Part shown: positions 54,842 through 62,192 of the stretch, piece after piece
How positions within the stretch are numbered: the stretch's first letter is position 1
How the letters are laid out: every line of letters starts with the position of its first letter
Source: Flavobacterium sp.
Lineage (GTDB): Bacteria; Bacteroidota; Bacteroidia; Flavobacteriales; Flavobacteriaceae
Assembly: GCF_046293665.1 (NCBI RefSeq)
Contig: NZ_JBKBOL010000007.1
Coordinates: forward strand, 83,950-147,949
Direction: 5' to 3'
DNA: 64,000 nt
Position numbers and translations under genes: made by a program
The notes under the pieces: generated by a model
What the model was told of the DNA's origin: nothing
The model's database searches: none
The model's input: the letters and a program-made list of their open reading frames with translations, nothing else

Positions 54842-55591
54842 ATGAAAAAAATAGTATTGTCCCTGATTTTGTTGTTGTCTTTTGCCTCTTACTCGCAAAA
54901 CATCAATGATTATCAATATGTAATAGTGCCAATAAAGTTCGAATTTTTAAAAGAAAATGATCGTTACCGATTGAACACGACGACAAAATTTTTACTGCAG
55001 AAATATAAATTCAAATCTTATTTGTCAAACGAAGAATTACCTGTTGAAATAGCCAATAGCCGATGTGCTTTACTTTATGCTTCTTTGGCAGAAGACAATA
55101 CTATGTTTGTAACCAAAGTAAAAGTAGTCTTGAAAGATTGCTATGATAGGGTTGTATTCGAGACAGCATTTGGTACGAGCCGAACTAAAGAATATTTTGC
55201 CGCCTACAATGAAGCCTTAAGAGAAGCTTTCAAGTCATTTGATCAACTGAATTACCAATACAATGACAGTCAGCCTAAAGAAAAAAGCTTAGGAAAAATT
55301 GACGAACCGGCTGAAGTTAGAACTGCTTCAGAAAAGGCTATTCCGGCAACTGAACCCACAAAAGTTTTGGTTTCCGGACAATTGTATGCTCAGCCTATTG
55401 CCAACGGATTTCAATTGATTAATACAGAACCTAAAGTGATGTATAAAATTTATAATACTTCTCTAAAAGATTATTTCATCGCCTCAAAAGGAAGTCAACA
55501 AGGGGTTTTCTTTGCAAAAGATGGCAGTTGGTTTTTCGAATATTATCAAAACGATAAATTGATGTCGGAAAGAGTAGAAGTAAAGTTTTAG
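54842..55591 (+). CDS. Hypothetical secreted protein
   Basis: 249 aa with signal peptide MKKIVLSLILLLSFASYSQ. No domain recognised. Confidence 0.6.
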   Translation: MKKIVLSLILLLSFASYSQNINDYQYVIVPIKFEFLKENDRYRLNTTTKFLLQKYKFKSYLSNEELPVEIANSRCALLYASLAEDNTMFVTKVKVVLKDCYDRVVFETAFGTSRTKEYFAAYNEALREAFKSFDQLNYQYNDSQPKEKSLGKIDEPAEVRTASEKAIPATEPTKVLVSGQLYAQPIANGFQLINTEPKVMYKIYNTSLKDYFIASKGSQQGVFFAKDGSWFFEYYQNDKLMSERVEVKF

Positions 55592-55597
55592 TATTGA

Positions 55598-55623
55598 ACT
55601 GAAAACTGCGACTGCGACTTAAA
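55598..55623. repeat. actgaaa actgcg actgcg acttaaa array in a convergent spacer
   Basis: Four units at a 6-7-nt period, lying between two stop codons (55591 and 55632). Confidence 0.75.
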
Positions 55624-55631
55624 ACTATCAA

Positions 55632-56909
55632 TTAATACCCATACTTATCTTTCCAGCGATTCTTTAAAAAAGTACGCATTTCGTTTTCACGGGCATTGTT
55701 GCCGGGTTTGTAGAAATTGGTATTTTTAATTTCATCCGGTAAGTATTCTTGTTCCGAAAAATTATTGGCGTAATTATGTGAATATTGGTATTCTTCGCCA
55801 TAACCCAATTCTTTCATCAATTTAGTCGGGGCATTGCGCAAATGAATCGGTACCGATAAATCGCCGGTTTGTTTTACCAAAGCTTGGGCTTCGCCAATGG
55901 CCATATAACTAGCATTGCTTTTTGGTGATGTGGCTAAATAAATCGCACACTGACTCAAAATAATTCGGCTTTCCGGATTGCCAATAGTCGAAACGGCCTG
56001 AAACGTATTGTTGGCCATGATAAAAGCTGTCGGGTTCGCATTGCCGATATCTTCACTGGATAAAATCAACATGCGTCGGGCAATGAATTTTACATCTTCG
56101 CCACCTTCAATCATTCGGGCCAACCAATAAACTGCACCGTTTGGATCACTGCCACGAATCGATTTGATAAAGGCCGAAACAATATCGTAATGTTGCTCGC
56201 CGGTTTTGTCGTAAAGTACCGTGTTTTGCTGAACCAATTCTAAAACTTTGTCATTGGTAATCGTAATTTGGCCTTCAGGGCTGGCGTTTACCACGAGTTC
56301 AAAAATATTTAATAGTTTGCGTCCGTCACCGCCGGAAAGTCGCAATAAAGCTTCCGTTTCTTTTAATTTTATTTTTTTAGCCGAAATGATTTGGTCTTCT
56401 TTCATCGCACGGTTGAGCAAAGCCAACAAATCTTCTTTAGAAAACGGATTCAAAACATACACCTGACAACGTGACAACAAAGCGGGAATGACTTCAAAAC
56501 TCGGATTTTCAGTCGTGGCACCGATTAAAGTCACCCAACCTTTTTCGACCGCAGCCAATAAAGAATCTTGTTGCGACTTGCTGAAACGGTGAATCTCATC
56601 AATAAACAATATGGGGTTTTTGGCGGTGAATAAACCACCACTGGTTTTGGCTTTTTCAATCACATCGCGGATGTCTTTTACGCCACTGTTAATGGCACTC
56701 AATTCATAAAAAGGACGATTGCTTTGTTTGGCTATGATTTGGGCTAAAGTCGTTTTTCCGGTTCCGGGCGAACCCCAAAAAATCATTGACGGAATCACAC
56801 CACGGGCAATTTGTTGGGTCAACGAACCATTGTCGCCCACCAAATGCAATTGGCTGATGTACTCTTCTAAACGTTGCGGTCTGATGCGTTCGGCAAGTGG
56901 TGCTTCCAT
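55632..56909 (-). CDS. rarA: Replication-associated recombination protein A (AAA+ ATPase)
   Basis: 425 aa with Walker A '[11 protein letters not shown]', 'IDEIHRFSK' and a MgsA C-terminal region. Confidence 0.95.
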   Translation of the reverse strand: MEAPLAERIRPQRLEEYISQLHLVGDNGSLTQQIARGVIPSMIFWGSPGTGKTTLAQIIAKQSNRPFYELSAINSGVKDIRDVIEKAKTSGGLFTAKNPILFIDEIHRFSKSQQDSLLAAVEKGWVTLIGATTENPSFEVIPALLSRCQVYVLNPFSKEDLLALLNRAMKEDQIISAKKIKLKETEALLRLSGGDGRKLLNIFELVVNASPEGQITITNDKVLELVQQNTVLYDKTGEQHYDIVSAFIKSIRGSDPNGAVYWLARMIEGGEDVKFIARRMLILSSEDIGNANPTAFIMANNTFQAVSTIGNPESRIILSQCAIYLATSPKSNASYMAIGEAQALVKQTGDLSVPIHLRNAPTKLMKELGYGEEYQYSHNYANNFSEQEYLPDEIKNTNFYKPGNNARENEMRTFLKNRWKDKYGY

Positions 56910-56930
56910 TTTTAATTTTAAAATGTGTCA

Positions 56931-57043
56931 ATTTGAAGATTTGAAAATGGTCAGGATTTTCAAGTCGGGAATAGTGCAAATTTAATTATATTAGATTGTT
57001 ATTTTGATAATTTTCAAATTATCTCATCTTCAAATTTTCAAAT
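56931..57043. repeat. Inverted 'TCTTCAAAT' word arrays in the rarA/rhomboid divergent region
   Basis: atttgaag atttgaaa at 56931-56946 faces ttttcaaat ... tcttcaaat tttcaaat at 57011-57043. The same word occurs at 52793-52801. Confidence 0.7.
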
Positions 57044-57114
57044 TTGTATGACAAATTAGCACTACTTTTATTTTGGCTGTGTTTTTGACAACAAGTATGT
57101 TTTAAAATAAAACC

Positions 57115-57879
57115 ATGAACGATTACCACCATTTTAAGTTTACGCCATCGGTTTGGATAGTGCCAAGCTTTTTACTGATTTTGATTTGGTCGGTTTTCTT
57201 TTTTGAAAACAGTTTTAACATTGATTTGACTTCACACGGAATTTTGCCAAGGACTTTTTCGGGTTTGCAAGGCGTTTTGTTTAGTCCGTTTTTGCATGGT
57301 GATTTGAATCACATTGCCAATAATTCTATTCCGTTGTTTATCTTGACTACAGCATTAATTTATTTCTATCGCGATGTTTCACTGAAGGTTTTGTGTTACG
57401 GGATTTTGCTTTCAGGGATTATTACTTGGATTATAGGTAGAAACTCTTTTCACATTGGAGCCAGCAGTTTGATTTATGTGTTGGTGTCCTTTATTTTCTT
57501 CAAAGGCATGATGACACAATATTACCGATTGATGGCTTTGTCATTAACAGTGGTAATGTTGTATGGCGGAATGATATGGTATGTTTTTCCCGAAGTAGAT
57601 AAGCAAATTTCTTGGGAAGGTCATTTGGCCGGATTAATCACCGGTTTTGCTTTCGCTGTTATTTTTAAAACTCCCGATTACAAAAAGACGATTCAATATG
57701 ACTGGGAAAAACCTGAATTCAATCCGGAGGAAGATATGTTTATGAAGCATTTTGATGACAACGGAAACTTCGTAAATACACCAAAACCAGAAGAAATTGA
57801 AGAAGAAATTCCGGCATCAACCATCAATTATATTTATCACTTTAAAGAAGCGACAGACGATAACAAATCAATCGAATAA
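57115..57879 (+). CDS. Rhomboid-family intramembrane serine protease
   Basis: 254 aa with 'HGDLNHIANN', the GxSx catalytic site 'HIGASSLIY' and His in 'WEGHLAGLITG'. Confidence 0.8.
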   Translation: MNDYHHFKFTPSVWIVPSFLLILIWSVFFFENSFNIDLTSHGILPRTFSGLQGVLFSPFLHGDLNHIANNSIPLFILTTALIYFYRDVSLKVLCYGILLSGIITWIIGRNSFHIGASSLIYVLVSFIFFKGMMTQYYRLMALSLTVVMLYGGMIWYVFPEVDKQISWEGHLAGLITGFAFAVIFKTPDYKKTIQYDWEKPEFNPEEDMFMKHFDDNGNFVNTPKPEEIEEEIPASTINYIYHFKEATDDNKSIE

Positions 57880-57910
57880 TTTACCGTTTAGCCCCGATAG
57901 TAATGGAAAT

Positions 57911-57939
57911 AAAAAATGTCCCGAATAGGGACATTTTTT
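57911..57939. terminator. Bidirectional intrinsic terminator
   Basis: A6-tgtccc-gaata-gggaca-T6, between convergent rhomboid and rlmB. Confidence 0.8.
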
Positions 57940-57994
57940 ATTGTATTGAATAGCGGGAAAATGGTTAGCTGATTAATCCCAAGCCATTCGCTCC

Positions 57995-58729
57995 TTACTG
58001 TCTTTGTCTTACGGTTTCATACAAAAACGCGCCACAAGCCACAGAAACGTTCAAGGAGCCGATAGTTCCGAACATGGGTAATTTGGCTTTCTCATCTACA
58101 ATTTTCAAGACTGATGGATTGATGCCTCGGTCTTCGCTGCCCATGATGATGGCTACGGGTTGGTTTAAGTCAATGCTATAAATATTGTCTTCTGTTTTTT
58201 CGGTAGCGGCTACGGTTTTGATACCACTGCCTTGTAAGTAAAAAATAGCATCTTTGATGTGGTCCACTTTGCAGATGGGCACATTGAAAACGGCTCCGGC
58301 AGAAGTTTTTACGGTATCGCCATTGACTGGTGCAGAACCTGTTTTTTGGACAATGATTCCGTCAACGCCGGTGCATTCTGCAGTTCTGATGATGGCGCCG
58401 AAGTTACGGGCATCGCTTAGTTGGTCGAGAATTAAAAATAGTGGCGTTTTGCCGCTTTCGACAACACTGTCCACTAAAGTTTCTAACTTCACGAAAGTGA
58501 TTGGAGCAATCGTGGCTACTGCGCCTTGGTGGTTGTTGGGTGTTAATCGGTTTAATTTTTCCACGGGAACGTAGGAGAAATTGATGCTGTGTTTTTTCAT
58601 GGCTTTCATGAGTTCCTGCATCAATTCGCTTTGCGCATCGCTTTGGATAAATACTTTGTCGATTTCTTTTCCTGCGCTGATGGCTTCGATAATGGCTCTG
58701 ATTCCGAAGATTTGGTTTTCTTTTTCCAT
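57995..58729 (-). CDS. rlmB: 23S rRNA (guanosine-2'-O)-methyltransferase RlmB (SpoU/TrmH family)
   Basis: 244 aa from MEKENQIFGIRAI, with the SpoU motifs 'NFGAIIRTAE', 'IIMGSEDRGI' and 'SLNVSVACG'. The ORF-track extension overlaps the upstream gene and terminator. Confidence 0.85.
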   Translation of the reverse strand: MEKENQIFGIRAIIEAISAGKEIDKVFIQSDAQSELMQELMKAMKKHSINFSYVPVEKLNRLTPNNHQGAVATIAPITFVKLETLVDSVVESGKTPLFLILDQLSDARNFGAIIRTAECTGVDGIIVQKTGSAPVNGDTVKTSAGAVFNVPICKVDHIKDAIFYLQGSGIKTVAATEKTEDNIYSIDLNQPVAIIMGSEDRGINPSVLKIVDEKAKLPMFGTIGSLNVSVACGAFLYETVRQRQ

Positions 58730-58733
58730 GGCG

Positions 58734-58741
58734 CAAAGATA
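58734..58741 (-). promoter_or_regulatory. -7 box TATCTTTG only 4 nt upstream of the rlmB ATG
   Basis: The minus strand reads tatctttg-cgcc-ATG. The box directly abuts the upstream terminator. Confidence 0.45.
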
Positions 58742-58773
58742 TAAAAAAACCACCAGCGAAAACTGGTGGTTTT
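58742..58773 (-). terminator. Intrinsic terminator of the SusC/D-lipoprotein operon
   Basis: accaccag-cgaaaa-ctggtggt hairpin, followed on the minus strand by U7. Confidence 0.8.
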
Positions 58774-58790
58774 GAAAGCGTTTTAAAACT

Positions 58791-59774
58791 TTATCTTCGA
58801 CTCTTTTGTCTAGAGCTTTTGATGTGGTTTGATTGTTTGCCTTGAAACACGGTATCTCCATCGCTATTTGTAATGGTATAAATGGACCCAGCCTTAATAA
58901 TCGTATATTCAACGGCCGCGTTTGGATTACCATCATCTAAACCACCGTCTTGCATCGGGAAGAAACCGGAAAGATCGTAAGTTTGGTTAAAAGCCGTTCC
59001 CGGTTTAACAAATTGAATATTTGCCGGGATGTTGACATTTTCCAAATATCCGGCGGTTGTCCAAAGACTTGCATATAAATAATAAGTTCCATCAGCTAAA
59101 TCTGCAGTACTTAGAATCAAGCCTTCCGGGCAGTTGGTATAACTGAAATCTAACAAATCAAAGTCTGAGCTGTATAATTCCAAATCTAAATCCAAATCGC
59201 AATTGTCAATTTCTTCACCACCTGATTGGAAAGTTCCGCCCCAATCTAATCTAACATGTAAGTCATTAGAAACGGAGTTGGTGATGGTGATGTCAAAAAA
59301 CAAATTATCAACTGTTCCGAGTAGTGTTCTGTTTGATATTACTTGAAGTTTTAGTGTTTCAGTTTGTTCTCCTAAGTCATCAAAAATGGTTGCGATATTT
59401 ACACTGTATTCAGTAGTATAGGCAGGGATTTCAAAAATATAGCCAACCGGTCCGCCATTTTCTTCAATAGCAACACAATCCGGATCGTTGCTTCTACAGC
59501 CCGGAATGACATAGTCAAGTTGATCCGTAGCAGTACTTTCATCATTTATCATAACAAGCCTATACTGTATGGGTTTGTTTATGGCTTTATCTAGTTTAAA
59601 AGACAGGACAGCATCTTGACCTTCAGCAACGGTAATAGCGGTTGGTCCATCTGCAGTTAAAACAGGTTTAACTTTGCTTCCTAAATCTTCTACATCATCA
59701 TTACAAGCAATAAATAGCGCTGTTAGGCAAAGTATTGCTAAGATGTTATATTTATAATTTGATATTTTTTTCAT
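58791..59774 (-). CDS. Surface lipoprotein with a Calx-beta-like and a PPC/jelly-roll-like domain
   Basis: 327 aa with the lipobox 'LFIAC'. 'DQLDYVIPG' follows an Ig-like segment. The C-terminal half is Asp-rich, 'DLDLDLELYSSDFDLLDF'. Confidence 0.6.
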   Translation of the reverse strand: MKKISNYKYNILAILCLTALFIACNDDVEDLGSKVKPVLTADGPTAITVAEGQDAVLSFKLDKAINKPIQYRLVMINDESTATDQLDYVIPGCRSNDPDCVAIEENGGPVGYIFEIPAYTTEYSVNIATIFDDLGEQTETLKLQVISNRTLLGTVDNLFFDITITNSVSNDLHVRLDWGGTFQSGGEEIDNCDLDLDLELYSSDFDLLDFSYTNCPEGLILSTADLADGTYYLYASLWTTAGYLENVNIPANIQFVKPGTAFNQTYDLSGFFPMQDGGLDDGNPNAAVEYTIIKAGSIYTITNSDGDTVFQGKQSNHIKSSRQKSRR

Positions 59775-59784
59775 AAAATAATTA

Positions 59785-60642
59785 TTAAAGTTTTGTATAA
59801 ACAGCCGTGAAATACCTACGATTTGGTGCTGCTGAGAAACCTCTGATAGAATAATTCATGGTGATTGATACTACCTCTCCGGTTACCGGGTCTAATGTAA
59901 CAGCGCCTGCGTTGGCATCTCCTTCCACCAAGTTTGTGTAGAAATCTCCTAAATATTGTTCATCGATTACAATAGATTGACAAACATCTTTAAAAATGAA
60001 GCCATTTCTAGGTGCGCCATCATCAGTTAAATCGAAATAAGGTCCGGTTGTTGAAGTTACATATTCACCCAGCGATAATTGGGTTATTACTTCGTTTGGA
60101 AAATTGAAAACGGCACCGTTATCTTGTCTCGTAACTGTTAAAGAGTACATTCCGGCTAAATCGGATTCACATTTGGCAATTGTTATGGTTATGGTTCTTT
60201 TATTGTCAGCTATTACGGCATTAGAACTTAAAGGTTGACCAAGACTAACCACAATAGTTTTCGGGACATTTCCCGGAAGTACTGCAGGATTTACGGTGAA
60301 TGGTAATTGAATAAAATCAGCACCTGCCGGTAAAGAAATGGTGTTTCCGGTTATGTTTACAGTATAATCAGTACCGGCGATTGCCGTGCTGGATGGATCG
60401 ATAGTAAAAGGGATAACTATATCTTCCTCGGACGGAGTACCATTGCTACCACCTAATAAATTAATTGGTTCAGCAATTTGAACCGGGTCTACATCATTGT
60501 CTGTGTAAATGTAAGAACCTTGTGCGTTTCTAAAGCCTACGATGTGTGGACCGTTACTGTTATTTTCTGCATCATCCTCAACACATGATTGTAAGGACAC
60601 CAACGATAGTATCGTTAAAACGATCAATTTTATTTTTTTCAT
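59785..60642 (-). CDS. Surface lipoprotein with a Calx-beta-like domain
   Basis: 285 aa from MKKIKLIVLTILSLVSLQSC (lipobox). 'IPFTIDPSSTAIAGTDYTV' is Calx-beta-like. Confidence 0.6.
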   Translation of the reverse strand: MKKIKLIVLTILSLVSLQSCVEDDAENNSNGPHIVGFRNAQGSYIYTDNDVDPVQIAEPINLLGGSNGTPSEEDIVIPFTIDPSSTAIAGTDYTVNITGNTISLPAGADFIQLPFTVNPAVLPGNVPKTIVVSLGQPLSSNAVIADNKRTITITIAKCESDLAGMYSLTVTRQDNGAVFNFPNEVITQLSLGEYVTSTTGPYFDLTDDGAPRNGFIFKDVCQSIVIDEQYLGDFYTNLVEGDANAGAVTLDPVTGEVVSITMNYSIRGFSAAPNRRYFTAVYTKL

Positions 60643-60647
60643 ATCTT

Positions 60648-62180
60648 TTATTGTTGATTCCAAAATATTTTACTTGTGAAAGCCTGAGATTCGCTTTGCT
60701 GCGGAACATTTGCAGTATTTCCTGAAATTTCAGAGCTTGGATATAATAATCTTATTGGTCTTGATGTTCCTGGTGCAACAGTAGACAAAGGAACATGACT
60801 TGGGAAACCTGTTCTGGTATTTTCAATCCATGTTTCTCCACCATTTATTCCGTTTAAAGCAATCCATTTTTGATTGATTATGGCTTCAATTTGATTGCCT
60901 CCGGAAGCATTCCATCCTACTAAGTTAATAGATTGATTGTAATAAGCGCTGGCTTGAGCACTACTTAACCCTAAAAGTTTGTATGACTCAGTTATTCCGC
61001 TTTCGTATAGGTTTTTTGCCGTCCCGTTTAAATAGCCTCTTTGAACAGCTTCAGCTTGAAGAAAAAGACTTTCGGCGGCTGTAAATACGATACCGTCTTG
61101 AGAAGAATTGACCAATAATCCCGGGCCAACGTGAGATACAGGGTAATTAGTACTTGTGTTTAAAACATCACCTTGTTGGTGGCCGTTATAAGTTCCTGGG
61201 CCAGCTGATGTTGCAGAGTAGATTCTTCCTAATCTTGCATCGTTTGTGGCTTGTAAATAGTTGATGGTATATTTGGTTGCTCCCGTAGAAGACCAATTGT
61301 TTTTAAAAGCATCATTGGTATTTAGGAACGTTGAGGCAAATCCGTTTTGTTGATTGGCCGTTGGGTTATAACCCGGATTGATTTTAACATTATCATTAGG
61401 GCCTAAAAATTCGGCATTGCTACTTTGTAATTCGGCCATTTTTGCAGTAATGTAAGTTGATGAAGCCGCTCTGCCCGATTCTCTTAAGAGTATTCTAAGT
61501 TTAAGTGTATTGGCAAACTTTTTCCACATGTTCATATCACCGTTTAGCATAACATCGTTTGCGCCAGGATTTAAAGTTCCTGAAGGTGCATTGTCAATTA
61601 ACTCAAGCGCTTCATCCAGCTGGACAATTAGATCTCTATATATGGTTTGAGCATCATCGTAAACAGGAGTTAAGTTATTTCCTCTAAGATGTGCTTCAGA
61701 GTATGGGATGTCACCATACAAGTCAACTAAATATTGAAAATAGAAAGACTTCAGTATTTTGGCAATAGCTTTATAATTGTCATATCCAGGTCGTGTAGTA
61801 TTTTGTATAAAAGTAAAGTTGGAAGTTCTTAAATACAAGTTTTCAAATATTCCTGCATAGAAATCTGAAGTAACATTATAAGTATGTTCGTTAAAATAGT
61901 AGCTTGAATTTGAAGCGCCGACATCTCTGGTCCAATTGTTCATCATTAGATTACCCAATTGATTCATGTTGTCTTGTACAAAATTCGGATTGTTATTGTT
62001 AACGTAACCTGCTAAAATATTGTAAGTATACACTTGTGAGGCTGCTAAAACAATCTCGGGGTTTACATTTTCAGCAGAAGGATTATTCGGATCTTCATTG
62101 ACATCCAAAAAATTATCGCAGGAGTATAATACTGAGAGAAGCAGAAAACCACTCAATATTTTTGTTTTTATATTTTTCAT
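60648..62180 (-). CDS. SusD/RagB-family nutrient-binding outer-membrane lipoprotein
   Basis: 510 aa with the lipobox 'VLYSC' and TPR-like SusD hallmarks ('ESLFLQAEAVQRGYL', 'NQKWIALNG'). It lies directly downstream of SusC. Confidence 0.85.
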   Translation of the reverse strand: MKNIKTKILSGFLLLSVLYSCDNFLDVNEDPNNPSAENVNPEIVLAASQVYTYNILAGYVNNNNPNFVQDNMNQLGNLMMNNWTRDVGASNSSYYFNEHTYNVTSDFYAGIFENLYLRTSNFTFIQNTTRPGYDNYKAIAKILKSFYFQYLVDLYGDIPYSEAHLRGNNLTPVYDDAQTIYRDLIVQLDEALELIDNAPSGTLNPGANDVMLNGDMNMWKKFANTLKLRILLRESGRAASSTYITAKMAELQSSNAEFLGPNDNVKINPGYNPTANQQNGFASTFLNTNDAFKNNWSSTGATKYTINYLQATNDARLGRIYSATSAGPGTYNGHQQGDVLNTSTNYPVSHVGPGLLVNSSQDGIVFTAAESLFLQAEAVQRGYLNGTAKNLYESGITESYKLLGLSSAQASAYYNQSINLVGWNASGGNQIEAIINQKWIALNGINGGETWIENTRTGFPSHVPLSTVAPGTSRPIRLLYPSSEISGNTANVPQQSESQAFTSKIFWNQQ

Positions 62181-62192
62181 TTTAAATTTTAT

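Noticed and set aside
58730-58936. N-terminal extension of the rlmB ORF
   Set aside because: It would run through a strong terminator hairpin and into the 3' end of the upstream lipoprotein gene. RlmB homologs begin close to 'IFGIRAIIEAI'.
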